Shown: piece by piece, positions 1-9,229 of the stretch
Layout of the letters: every line of letters starts with the position of its first letter
Position numbering within the stretch: the stretch's first letter is position 1
Source: Candidatus Krumholzibacteriia bacterium
GTDB taxonomy: Bacteria; Krumholzibacteriota; Krumholzibacteriia; JAJRXK01
Direction of reading: 5' to 3'
Assembly: GCA_041484665.1 (NCBI GenBank)
Contig: JBGPIA010000002.1
Span: forward strand, 480,001-544,000
Length of the DNA: 64,000 bases
Program-made: the position numbers and the translations under genes
Notes under the pieces: model-generated
What the model saw: the letters and a program-made list of their open reading frames with translations, nothing else
Database searches by the model: none
What the model was told of the DNA's origin: nothing

Positions 1-712
1 AGACGAGCTTCACGTCGGGGTGCTCCCAAAGACGGGAGACGATGGCGAACATCCCATCGATGTCGCGATAGCTGCCGAAACCCGTGAGGAACGGGACGAC
101 CAGACCGGCGGGCGGCTTGCCGGCCAAGAGGCCATCTCCGGCGACGAACATGTGGAGCACGTCCTCGCGCGTCACGCGGCGCAGCTCCTCGCCGGTCACG
201 GGGGACGGCTCCCGCGCCCCAGCGATGACCCGCGGGCCCCAGATCCGTCCGGTGGCCGCCACGTTGGCGACCAGGAAGGCGACGTGGACGGTCGCGGGCC
301 AGACCGCAGCCGCGCCGTCGTGCCGCAGCGGTGTCCCGGTGGCGGCGTGCGCCTCCACCAGCACCACATCGGGCTGGAGGTCCGCACGCAGCGCCTCGAT
401 CGCGTCCGGCGCGAGGCCCTGCCATCGCCCCTCCGCCAACTGCGCCCCGCCGGCGAAGAGAGCACCCTCCGACCGCAGCAGCGCGCGCGCCCGTTTGGCG
501 GGCGTTCCCGCGGGCGCCTGTGCCACGCCGGCGGGAGCAGGGTGGGGCACGGTCTGGGACCACAGCACGGTCCGCCCCTCGCCGCGATAGTGGCGCAGGA
601 GACGGCGCAGCAGCTCGCTCTTGCCGCCCGCTCCGGCAACGGCAAGGACGCATCCTCCACCCTGAGGAAGCGCGCGGGTCCACGGGCTCAGGAATTGGTA
701 ACGATCGTGCAC
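1..712 (-). CDS. YqeC-like P-loop protein (selenium-dependent molybdenum hydroxylase accessory family), 3' end beyond the window edge
   Basis: Not in the ORF track because it runs off the edge. Manual translation from GTG at 712 gives ...GCVLAVAGAGGKSELLRRLLRHYRGEGRTVLW...PDVVLVEAHAATGTPLR..., matching the YqeC pattern (VGAGGKT ... LVEADG..PLK). Confidence 0.6.
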   Translation of the reverse strand, partial: MHDRYQFLSPWTRALPQGGGCVLAVAGAGGKSELLRRLLRHYRGEGRTVLWSQTVPHPAPAGVAQAPAGTPAKRARALLRSEGALFAGGAQLAEGRWQGLAPDAIEALRADLQPDVVLVEAHAATGTPLRHDGAAAVWPATVHVAFLVANVAATGRIWGPRVIAGAREPSPVTGEELRRVTREDVLHMFVAGDGLLAGKPPAGLVVPFLTGFGSYRDIDGMFAIVSRLWEHPDVKLV

Positions 713-770
713 GTGGCACAGGATACGGGCGGGAGGCCATCGCTCCAAGCCACCCCGGCGCAGCGGGGCG

Positions 771-779
771 TGGTACACT
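771..779 (+). promoter_or_regulatory. Putative extended -10 promoter (TGgTACACT) for the gene at 812
   Basis: TGG-TACACT lies about 30 nt upstream of a GGAGG RBS and the ATG at 812. Confidence 0.35.
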
Positions 780-811
780 CAAGAATGGGGGGACGGGATC
801 CGGAGGGCTCT

Positions 812-2431
812 ATGCCGTCCCGTCAGCCGGCCGCTCGCGCCCGTATCGTCCGCAATCCTCGGCTCGTCCAGAGCGCGGACAACATCCGCCGCGCGGGCGA
901 CGCCTGCTCTGCACGCCTCGCCCACTGTGCCCCCCTGCTGGCGGGTTTCGCCGCCTGCCTGCTCAGCTGCGCGGTCACGGCGCTCGCGTCCGCGGACGAC
1001 GCGCTCCTTCTCCCACTGCCGCTAGCCGCGCCATCGGCTGCATTCGTGCGCCCTGCGCCTTGGGGAGCCGGTCCACGGTTGCTGGGTCTCACCGCCCCGC
1101 CAGCGCCGCCGGCGCTCAGCGCGCGCCCAGCGGCGCGCTTTCAGACCGGTCAGCCGATGCGATCGCCCGGGCCCGGCACGCCCAGCGGCGTCTACGTGGA
1201 CGTCCTGTGTGACGTCTTCCTGCCCGGGAAATCGTTGCCGAGGCAGTGGATGTCCACCTCGACGATCGCGCGGCTCACAGCAGATGGCTATAACTACGTC
1301 TACGGCTACGATCCACTGGCGCAGAGCTACGACATGCTGGTGAGCGGGTACGCCACCAGCGACGGCATCCTCGCCCAGGAAACCGTCGGGGTCGCGGCGG
1401 CGCCGATCCCGGCACCGATCACCGCTTCGAACATCCGCGGCGTCGAGTTCTGGTTCGCGGTGAGCGAGGCGAATCTGTTCCCGTTCGAGCGCGTCGGGTT
1501 CACCGACCTCACCGACGTGACCGCGCCGCCCAACGCGATGCTGACGGCACCGCAGATGCAAGCGCTGTTCGACGACGCGCGTGGGTTCACGGGCCAGGTG
1601 TACTACCTCGACCATGTGCCGGTCGGCGCTCACGCCCTGGATCTGGGCGCTCTGGCCGTGCAAGACCTGGCCGCGCGCGTGCAGACGCCCGGTTGGTTCG
1701 GTGTGGGGATGGCCGCCGACGGCTGGGACCTCTCGGGCAGCCTCGGTGAGCTGGTGGAATGGCGCGTGCTGGGCGGCGGCAACGTGTCGCAGGGCGTGCA
1801 CCCCTTCTTCCGCCTCTATTACAACGCCCCTCCCGACTCGTTCCCGCTGATGGCGCCGTCCAATGGCGAGCAGCTCTCCACTTCGTTGCCGGTGTTGCGC
1901 TGGGCCGCCGCCACCGATCCCAACGGCGACACCCCCGTCACCTACACCGCCCGGCTGGGCAGCACGCCCGATCTGGCCTCCGCTTTCGAGCGCAACGTCG
2001 GCAGCGCGACCCAGGCCACCGTGCCGTTCGCCCTGATCCCGGGCACCTATACCTGGGAGGTTGTCGCGCGCGATCCCAGCGGGGAGTCGCGGACCAGCGA
2101 GCGCTGGAGCTTCAAGCTGCTGCCGGTGGTGGCGGCGCCGCCCGCGCTGCAAGAGAGCTCGCTGGCGCTCGCGGCCTCCCCCAACCCCTTCAACCCGCGC
2201 ACCGAGCTGCAGTACGCCCTGCCCCAAGCAGGAGCGGTAGCGCTGTGGATCGCCGATGCGCGCGGCCGGCGCGTCGCCAGCCTGCTGGCGCAGGACCAAA
2301 CAGCCGGAGCGCACAGGGTGCGGTGGGATGGCAACGACGCTGCGGGCAGCGCTTGCGCGAGCGGCGTGTACTTCGCGGTGCTGCAGACACCGTCGGGGAC
2401 GGCGCACGCGCGGCTGGCGTTGGTACGTTGA
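812..2431 (+). CDS. Secreted protein with a fibronectin-III/Ig-like domain and a C-terminal FlgD-Ig (T9SS-like) sorting domain
   Basis: GGAGG RBS before ATG 812; hydrophobic signal-like segment (LLAGFAACLLSCAVTALA); C-terminus ASPNPFNPRTEL...WDGNDAAG...ASGVYF. The ORF extension 20-811 overlaps the YqeC-like gene on the opposite strand. Confidence 0.75.
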   Translation: MPSRQPAARARIVRNPRLVQSADNIRRAGDACSARLAHCAPLLAGFAACLLSCAVTALASADDALLLPLPLAAPSAAFVRPAPWGAGPRLLGLTAPPAPPALSARPAARFQTGQPMRSPGPGTPSGVYVDVLCDVFLPGKSLPRQWMSTSTIARLTADGYNYVYGYDPLAQSYDMLVSGYATSDGILAQETVGVAAAPIPAPITASNIRGVEFWFAVSEANLFPFERVGFTDLTDVTAPPNAMLTAPQMQALFDDARGFTGQVYYLDHVPVGAHALDLGALAVQDLAARVQTPGWFGVGMAADGWDLSGSLGELVEWRVLGGGNVSQGVHPFFRLYYNAPPDSFPLMAPSNGEQLSTSLPVLRWAAATDPNGDTPVTYTARLGSTPDLASAFERNVGSATQATVPFALIPGTYTWEVVARDPSGESRTSERWSFKLLPVVAAPPALQESSLALAASPNPFNPRTELQYALPQAGAVALWIADARGRRVASLLAQDQTAGAHRVRWDGNDAAGSACASGVYFAVLQTPSGTAHARLALVR

Positions 2432-2454
2432 CCACGCCGGCCGGCGCGCGCCGG

Positions 2455-4407
2455 CTATCGGATGTATCCCAGCGACCGCAGCAGCTCCTCGTCGGCGCCG
2501 CTCATGCGAACGGTCTTGCCGGTGAAGCGCGCGGCCAGCAGCTCGTCGGCCCGGTGGCGCGTCCAGATCCACTCGATCCAGCGGTCGACGCGCTGCGGCT
2601 CCTGTTCCAGCAGTTCCGGACCATCGCCTTGATCCTCCCCCACGTGCCGCAGCGACGTGAAGTGCGGGCCCTGCGCTTCCCACGTATAGAGCATCCGCCA
2701 GCCGTCCTCGGTGGTCACGGCGTACAGAGGCCCGCTGCGCGAGAACGCTGCCCTGCGCGGGGTGGGATCCGCCGCGCGCAGGTCGTGGCCTTCGCTCACG
2801 CTCCCGGCGGCGAGCCCGGCCGCCGCCAGCAAGGTCGGCGCCACGTCGACCGTCTCCACCAGGTCCTCACGCACGCGCCCGGCCTCGCGGCCCTGCGGCC
2901 AGTGCAGCAGGAAGGGGATGTGCAGGGTGGCCTCCATGAGCTCCTCATGCATGAAGTGGCCGCGCTCGCCCAGCGCCTCCCCGTGGTCGGCCAACACGAT
3001 CACCAGCGCGGACTCGAGGCGGCCCGCGGACTGCAGCGCGGCCAACAGCTCGCCGATGGCGGCATCGGTGCCCGCAACGCCGGCGTTGTAGAGCTGCGGC
3101 AGCGCGCGGCGCAGCGAGTCGGGCAGCGTCACCTGGCCCTCGTTCACCTTGCGCAGGCGCTCGCTGGCCCCGTCGTCGTCGGTCCAGACCGCGAATGCCC
3201 GGAGCACCTCCGGCGGCACGCCCTTCAGGCGCTCGGGCGGAGCTTCGTAGGGCAACGCGCCGGTATCGCTGTGGGGATCGTACAGGTGCAGGAACAGGAA
3301 CGCCGGCCGGTCGTCCGCGAGCAGCCAGCGGACCGCGCGACGGCAGCGCTGGGCCGCGGCCTCGCCGCTCACCTCATACCGGTCGAAGCCCGCTGCGTAG
3401 CCGAAGCGCGGATCGAGCAGGAAGCAGTCGAACACGCTGCCGCGCGTGCGGTAGCCGGCATCGCGCAGGCGCTCGGCCAAAGTCCATACCGCCGGTGACA
3501 GCGACCGCCCGAAGTCCAGCCCGTGCGCGTCAGGATCCAGTCCGGTGAGCATGCTCATGTGGCTGGTGAGCGTCCACGGCTCCTGGGCGTAGGCGCGGGT
3601 GAAGCGCACGGCGCGCCGGCTGAGCGAGTCGAGGGCAGGGGTCAGCCCGGCGGAGGAGCCGTAGCACCCCAGTCGGTCGGCGCGCGTGGCGTCCATGCTG
3701 ATCAAGATCAGGTCGGGCCCCGCGGGCCGCAGCCGGCCGGCGGTGACGGGCAGCGCGCGCGCGAGCAGCTGCGCTGCCAGAAGCGCTATGCCGGTCAAGC
3801 GCAGCCAGTGCGGGCCGCGCGTGGCGCGCAGCCGCGCCGCCGGCCGGCGCAAGAGCACGTACGCTGCCACCGCCAGAGCCGCGGCCGACCCCGTGATCGC
3901 GCCGTTGTGCAGCAATGCCGGACCGTCCACGAGCGCACGCGGGACGTGCATGCCCAGCAACGCTTGCCGCTCCTTCCACAGCGGCGCGATGTCGTAACGA
4001 TTGTAGAGGAATCCGCGGTGCACCCACAGGGCAAAGGCGGCGGCGATCGCCCAACCCCAGGCGAGCGCCCGCGCGGGCCGCTCGCAGCGCCTCGCCCACA
4101 GCCAGGGCAACAGCACCAGCGCCCCCAGCAAGACCACCCCCATGAGCGAGCCGCCGCAATCGGCGCGCAGCGTGGCCAGCGCGTTGGGCGAGGGCGGCCA
4201 CAGCCGGTATCCCTGCTGCCTGGCAAGCACGACCGTGCGCCCCAGCGTCCACGCCCCGGCCAGCACGCCCAGCACACCTGCCGCGAGGCCCCACGACGGC
4301 GGGGGTAGCGCCTGCGGCCCCGCGTTCCCCCGCGGCGCGGGCTGCACGGCTCCTGGGGGCTGCGGCGGTCGGGACGGGCCGTCCGCGCTTCCGTCGTGAC
4401 TGCTCAC
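2455..4407 (-). CDS. Membrane-anchored sulfatase/alkaline-phosphatase superfamily protein
   Basis: N-terminal TM helices; DLILISMDATRADRLGCYG, PWTLTSHMSMLTG (Thr at the nucleophile position), FLFLHLYDPH, ADHGEALGE, C-terminal LRSLGY. Confidence 0.85.
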   Translation of the reverse strand: MSSHDGSADGPSRPPQPPGAVQPAPRGNAGPQALPPPSWGLAAGVLGVLAGAWTLGRTVVLARQQGYRLWPPSPNALATLRADCGGSLMGVVLLGALVLLPWLWARRCERPARALAWGWAIAAAFALWVHRGFLYNRYDIAPLWKERQALLGMHVPRALVDGPALLHNGAITGSAAALAVAAYVLLRRPAARLRATRGPHWLRLTGIALLAAQLLARALPVTAGRLRPAGPDLILISMDATRADRLGCYGSSAGLTPALDSLSRRAVRFTRAYAQEPWTLTSHMSMLTGLDPDAHGLDFGRSLSPAVWTLAERLRDAGYRTRGSVFDCFLLDPRFGYAAGFDRYEVSGEAAAQRCRRAVRWLLADDRPAFLFLHLYDPHSDTGALPYEAPPERLKGVPPEVLRAFAVWTDDDGASERLRKVNEGQVTLPDSLRRALPQLYNAGVAGTDAAIGELLAALQSAGRLESALVIVLADHGEALGERGHFMHEELMEATLHIPFLLHWPQGREAGRVREDLVETVDVAPTLLAAAGLAAGSVSEGHDLRAADPTPRRAAFSRSGPLYAVTTEDGWRMLYTWEAQGPHFTSLRHVGEDQGDGPELLEQEPQRVDRWIEWIWTRHRADELLAARFTGKTVRMSGADEELLRSLGYIR

Positions 4408-4596
4408 GGCGTTCGTCCTCTCGCCACCGTCACGCCGCTCACGACCGGCGCGCCGCGCGCCTGCGCCTTGTCCCGCGTTCGCACGCGCCGGACCGACCGC
4501 CGTTGAGGGGTGCTCCTCGCCATGCTAGCGTGGGAGGCCGTGTCCCGTGCGGCATGCCCGCCGCAGCGGCGCTCCCCCACGCGCTGGAGCCGCTCC

Positions 4597-5448
4597 ATGT
4601 CCGCCCTTACCGTCGAGCTCCTGCTGGCCGCCAATCGCGTGCTGCCCCGCCCCGCACTGCCGGGGCGCGCCGATGCGGCATCCTACGCCCGATGGGAGTT
4701 CGACACCAGCGAGCCGCTGTTGCGGCTGTGGCGCAAGGCGGGCGGCCGTCCGGCGCGGCGGGTGCTCGATCTGGGCTGCGGCCTGGGCGGCAAGACGCAT
4801 CGTCTGTCCCAGGAGGCCGGGCCCGGCGTGCAGCTGGTGGCCCTGGACCTCGCGCTGGACCACCTGCGCAAGGCCGCCGTCTACCACGCGCAGGTCGGCC
4901 TGGCCGGTCTGCCCAAGGTAGCGGGTGACGCGGTGCGGCTGCCGTTTCGCAGCGGCGCGTTCGACCGCATCGTCACAACCGATACGCTCGAGCACTTCCC
5001 GCAGCCGCGGGCGGCGCTGGCCGAGATGCGCCGTTGCGTGGCCGAGGACGGCCGTTTGCTGCTGTTGTTCAACCCGTGGGGCTCTCCGCGCGGGAGCCAC
5101 CTCGCCGACCTGCTGCGCCTTCCGTGGTGTCAGCTGCTGTTCTCGCGCGCGACCCTGTGTGAGGCGACGCTGCAGGCTGCGCGGCGCCAGGCCGCCCGCA
5201 CCACCGATCCACGCGAAGCCGAGGATGTGGTGCGCTTCGGGCAGGAGCTGGCCGGGCACTTCGCGCAGCAGGTCCACCCGACGCGGATCGCCGATTTCCG
5301 CGGCTGGCTGGCGCAGGATGGTCTGTTCACGCTGGAGTCCGAGCTGCACGTCGGGCCGGGGCCACTGCGCGCGGCGGGCTGGCTGCACCGGCGCGCGTTC
5401 GAGGAGTGGCTCACGGCGAGCTACGGCGCGGTGCTGCGCCCGCGCTGA
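4597..5448 (+). CDS. Class I SAM-dependent methyltransferase
   Basis: VLDLGCGLGG motif I, GDAVRLPF..GAFD, TLEHF; GGAG RBS before ATG 4597. Confidence 0.85.
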   Translation: MSALTVELLLAANRVLPRPALPGRADAASYARWEFDTSEPLLRLWRKAGGRPARRVLDLGCGLGGKTHRLSQEAGPGVQLVALDLALDHLRKAAVYHAQVGLAGLPKVAGDAVRLPFRSGAFDRIVTTDTLEHFPQPRAALAEMRRCVAEDGRLLLLFNPWGSPRGSHLADLLRLPWCQLLFSRATLCEATLQAARRQAARTTDPREAEDVVRFGQELAGHFAQQVHPTRIADFRGWLAQDGLFTLESELHVGPGPLRAAGWLHRRAFEEWLTASYGAVLRPR

Positions 5449-5464
5449 ACCCTGCCCTGCCGCG

Positions 5465-6595
5465 CTAGCGCGGGTCCTCGCGCTCCGCGGCCTGGAAGAG
5501 CACCAGCTCGAGGCGCCCGATCAGACGCTTCGCGTCGAAGAACGCGGTCACGCGCGCCTGCGCCGCAGCCCCCATGCGCTCGGTCAGGCGCGGGTCGTCC
5601 CAGAGGGTCGTGATGGCGGTGCGCAGCGCCTGTGGGTCGCGCGCCGGGACCAGCAGGCCCGTCTCTCCCGCCACGTGAACGGAGGCGACGCCGCCCGACG
5701 CGCGGCTGGCGATTACGGGCCGGCCGCAGGCCATGGCCTCCAGCTGCACGATCCCGAAGGCCTCGCTGGACGCAGTGCTGGGGAGCACCAGCGCCGTGCA
5801 CGCGTGGTAGAGCGCACGCAGCTCCTCGTCGGACAGGTCACCCAGGAAGGTCACCTGCCCCTGCAGGCCCAACGCGGCCGTGAGCGCCTCCCAGCGCGTC
5901 CGCATCGGCCCGTCTCCGGCCACGGCCAGCGGCACGTCCGTGCCCCGCAGCGCCTGCAGCAGCACGGGCAGCCCCTTGTAATACACATGGCGGCCGACGA
6001 AGAGCAGGAAGCGCTCGCCCAGAAGCTCGTGCCAGCGCGCGACGGGCCCCGCGGGCGCCTCACGCAGCCACTGCACGTCCACGCCCAGTGGCACCACTGC
6101 GCAGCGGGCGCGGAACGGGGCGAGGGCGCGGCTGCCGTCGCGCAGCGCCTCGCTGGTCACCACGATGCGCGCGGCACGCCACAGCAGGAGCCGCAGCCAG
6201 GGCGACCACAGCCGGGCGAGCGCCCGCTGCCGCACGATGTCGCTGTGGTAGCTGATGACCAACGGGCGCGAGCCGCACAACAGCAGCCAGGCGCTCGCGA
6301 CTGCCGGATTGGGGAGGTGCAGGTGCACGACATCGGGCTGGAAGCGCCGGCGTGCCCGCCACAGCGCCAGGCCCAGACTGGGGCAGAGCGGGACCGAGGC
6401 CAGCGTGCCCCACTGCCGCAGGCGCCAGAGCGTAGCGCCGTCGCGTTGCTCGTCGCCATGGGCGGGACCGCCGGAGGCCACCACGGCCAGCACCTGATGA
6501 CCGCGCGCGGCGAGGCCGCGGCACGCTTCCTTCAGGGCCGTCTCCATGCCGCCCCGTGCCGGCGGGTAGAACTTCCCCAACTCCAGGACGCGCAT
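5465..6595 (-). CDS. Glycosyltransferase family 4 (GT-B)
   Basis: GKFYPP..GGME, FVGRHVYYKG, EAFGIVQLEAMACGRPVI. Confidence 0.92.
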   Translation of the reverse strand: MRVLELGKFYPPARGGMETALKEACRGLAARGHQVLAVVASGGPAHGDEQRDGATLWRLRQWGTLASVPLCPSLGLALWRARRRFQPDVVHLHLPNPAVASAWLLLCGSRPLVISYHSDIVRQRALARLWSPWLRLLLWRAARIVVTSEALRDGSRALAPFRARCAVVPLGVDVQWLREAPAGPVARWHELLGERFLLFVGRHVYYKGLPVLLQALRGTDVPLAVAGDGPMRTRWEALTAALGLQGQVTFLGDLSDEELRALYHACTALVLPSTASSEAFGIVQLEAMACGRPVIASRASGGVASVHVAGETGLLVPARDPQALRTAITTLWDDPRLTERMGAAAQARVTAFFDAKRLIGRLELVLFQAAEREDPR

Positions 6596-6693
6596 GCCGG
6601 CGCCAGTGTACGCGAGGGCTCCCTCCCCGTCGCGGCGAAATGCGGGACGGTCTGCAGCGGGGAGCCGCTAGGTGGGGGGCCCCGGCTCTCCCC

Positions 6694-6724
6694 TTGACAC
6701 CCGACCGCCGCCCTGCCCTATGCT
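6694..6724 (+). promoter_or_regulatory. Putative sigma70 promoter of the spt operon
   Basis: TTGACA (6694-6699), 19-nt spacer, TATGCT (6719-6724); the spacer is longer than ideal. Confidence 0.4.
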
Positions 6725-6775
6725 GTCCTGTCGGTCGGCCGACCTGTCCGCCAACGCGCAAACCCCCAGGGAGCC

Positions 6776-8002
6776 ATGTCCGCCAAGACCCAAGCCGCCC
6801 GCGCCAAGAGCGAGGACGTCGATCTGTTCCAGAAGTGCTACCAGTTCACCCGCGCGGCCCAGGCTCGGGCGGTAGGGCTGTACCCGTACTTCATCCCGAT
6901 CTCCGGGAGCGAGGGCACCGAGGTCCGGATCGACGGCAAGCGTCTGATCATGATCGGCTCCAACAACTACATGGGGCTGACCCACGACCCGCGCGTGCTG
7001 GAGGCGGCCGAGCGCGCCGCCCGGCGCTACGGCACCGGGTGCACCGGCAGCCGCTTCCTCAACGGCACCCTCGACCTGCACGAGAAGCTGGAGGCGGCGC
7101 TCGCCCGCTTCGTGAAGCGTGAGGCGGCGCTGGTGTTCAGCACCGGCTACCAGGCGAACCTGGGAACGATCTCGTGCCTGGTGGGCAAGGAGGAGCACGT
7201 CCTGCTCGACAAGCTGGACCATGCCAGCATCGTCGACGGGGCGCGCATGTCGGGTGGGAAGGTCGTCCGCTACCGCCACAACGACATGGACGACCTGACG
7301 GCGCAGCTGCTGAAGATCGGCGCCGACCATCCGGTGCTGATCGCCGTCGACGGCATGTTCTCCATGGAGGGAGACATGTGCCGGCTGCCCGAGCTGGTCA
7401 AGGCAGCCAAGCCGTTCCGCGCGCGCATCATGGTCGACGAGGCCCACTCCCTGGGCGTCTGCGGTCTGACCGGCGCCGGAGTGGTGGAGCACTTCGAGCG
7501 GATCGGCCAGGTGGACCTGGTGATGGGCACCTTCTCCAAGTCGTTCGCCTCGATCGGCGGGTTCATCGCCGGCGAGGCGCCTGTCATCGATTTCATCAAG
7601 CACCACGCCCGCAGCATGATGTTCTCGGCGTCGATGCCGCCGTACGCCGTGGCTACGGTGGGCAAGTGCCTGGAGATCATCCAGAACGAGCCGGAGCGCC
7701 GCGAGCGGCTGTGGGCGATCGCACGGCGCATGAAGCGGGAGCTCGCCGCGCTGGGCTTCAACACGGGCCACAGCGAGACGCCCGTGATCCCGATCATCAT
7801 CGGCGACTCGCACCTCACCTTCCGCGTCTGGCGCGAGCTGTTCGACGCCGGGGTGTTCACCAACCCGGTGATCGCGCCGGCGGTCCCGGAGCGCGGGGCG
7901 CTGCTGCGCACCTCGTACATGGCGACCCACACCGACGACCAGCTGGACGAGGTGCTCTCGATCTTTGAGGTCGTGGGCAAGCGCATGGGCCTGATCGGAT
8001 GA
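6776..8002 (+). CDS. spt: Serine palmitoyltransferase (alpha-oxoamine synthase family, PLP-dependent)
   Basis: GSNNYMGLT, YGTGCTGSRFLNGT, DEAHS and the PLP-lysine motif GTFSKSFASIGG typical of bacterial Spt rather than BioF/Kbl; gene context supports the call. Confidence 0.82.
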   Translation: MSAKTQAARAKSEDVDLFQKCYQFTRAAQARAVGLYPYFIPISGSEGTEVRIDGKRLIMIGSNNYMGLTHDPRVLEAAERAARRYGTGCTGSRFLNGTLDLHEKLEAALARFVKREAALVFSTGYQANLGTISCLVGKEEHVLLDKLDHASIVDGARMSGGKVVRYRHNDMDDLTAQLLKIGADHPVLIAVDGMFSMEGDMCRLPELVKAAKPFRARIMVDEAHSLGVCGLTGAGVVEHFERIGQVDLVMGTFSKSFASIGGFIAGEAPVIDFIKHHARSMMFSASMPPYAVATVGKCLEIIQNEPERRERLWAIARRMKRELAALGFNTGHSETPVIPIIIGDSHLTFRVWRELFDAGVFTNPVIAPAVPERGALLRTSYMATHTDDQLDEVLSIFEVVGKRMGLIG

Positions 8003-9117
8003 CGTTGCGGACCGTCCCGGTCCGCGGCCGAGCGGACCTGGAGCGCTTCATCGATCTGCCGTGGAAGGTCTACGCCGGCGACCCGCACTGGGTCCCGCCG
8101 CTGCGGCTGGACGTGCGCAAGCTCCTCACCCCGGGCCAGCACCCGTTCCACGAGCACGCCGTGGTGCAGCCCTTCCTGGCGCTGCGCGACGAGCGCGTGG
8201 TGGGCCGCATCGTCGCGCACGTCAATCACGCCCACAACGAGTTCTACAAGGACGCGCTGGGCTTCTTCGGGCTGTTCGAGTGCCTGGACGACCCGGAGGC
8301 GGCCGCTGCGCTGTTCGACACCGCCTTTGCCTGGCTGCGCGAGCGCGGCCGCGACCGGGCACAGGGCCCCATGGATCTCTCCACCAACGAGGTGTGCGGC
8401 CTGCTGATCGGCGGCGAGCCCGGCCCGCCCACGATCATGATGCCCCACAACCCGCTGCGCTACGCGCAGCTCTACGAGCGCGCCGGGCTCACCAAGGCCA
8501 AGGATCTGGTGGCCCTCTATCAGGACGACCTGCGCCTGCCCGAGCGCATGGTGCGCTACGCCGAGGCGCTCCGGCAGCGGTTCGGCGTGCGCATCCGGCG
8601 CATCGACATGAAGCGCTTCAACGCCGAGATCGAGCTCATCCTGAGCCTCTACAACCGCAGCTGGGAGCGCAACTGGGGCTTCGTACCCATGACCGCTGCC
8701 GAGGTCCGCCACATGGCCAGCGAGCTCAAGTACGCCGTGAACCCGGCGGTCGTGCTGTTCCTGGAGCGGATCGCTGACGGGGAGCCGGTCGGCTTTGGCC
8801 TCGCCCTGCCCGACATGAACCAGGCCGTCCGGCACGCCAACGGCCGCCTGCTCCCCTTTGGGCTGCTCAAGATTCTGTGGCACAAGCGGCACATCGACTG
8901 CGCGCGCGTGCTGGCGCTGGCCATCGTGCCCGAGTGGCGCGGCAAGGGGCTCGATTCGCTCTTGACCCTCGAGCTCTACCGCAACGGCGCCGCGAGCGGC
9001 TACCGTCGCGGCGAGTACTCGTGGATCCTGGAGGACAACCACACTATGCGCACACCGTTGGAGCGGGCGGGAGCGCGCGTCTACCGCACCTACCGGATCT
9101 ACGAGAAGCTCTTGTGA
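7999..9117 (+). CDS. GNAT-fold acyltransferase, bacterial ceramide synthase (bCerS)-like
   Basis: ATGA overlap with spt; FIDLPW.VY..DPHWVPPL, GFFGLFEC, MPHNP..Y, W..NWGFVPMT, EYSWILEDN, YRTYRIYEK. Confidence 0.75.
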   Translation: MTLRTVPVRGRADLERFIDLPWKVYAGDPHWVPPLRLDVRKLLTPGQHPFHEHAVVQPFLALRDERVVGRIVAHVNHAHNEFYKDALGFFGLFECLDDPEAAAALFDTAFAWLRERGRDRAQGPMDLSTNEVCGLLIGGEPGPPTIMMPHNPLRYAQLYERAGLTKAKDLVALYQDDLRLPERMVRYAEALRQRFGVRIRRIDMKRFNAEIELILSLYNRSWERNWGFVPMTAAEVRHMASELKYAVNPAVVLFLERIADGEPVGFGLALPDMNQAVRHANGRLLPFGLLKILWHKRHIDCARVLALAIVPEWRGKGLDSLLTLELYRNGAASGYRRGEYSWILEDNHTMRTPLERAGARVYRTYRIYEKLL

Positions 9118-9229
9118 CTCTCCCCGCGCTCCCCGCCGCGAGACGGCCGCGAGCCGGACGACCACGGCCCGCCCACCCGTGGAGTGGCCGGCTGCAGCTG
9201 AGCGGGCCGCCGCAGCCGCGGCCGTTCCC

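Noticed and set aside
20..811. N-terminal extension of the 803-aa ORF
   Set aside because: It overlaps the YqeC-like gene on the opposite strand; a good RBS and a signal-like segment support the ATG at 812.
6776..8002. Annotation as bioF or kbl
   Set aside because: The GTFSKS motif and the GNAT/SDR neighbours fit Spt better, and no bio or tdh genes are adjacent. Not formally excluded without a phylogeny.
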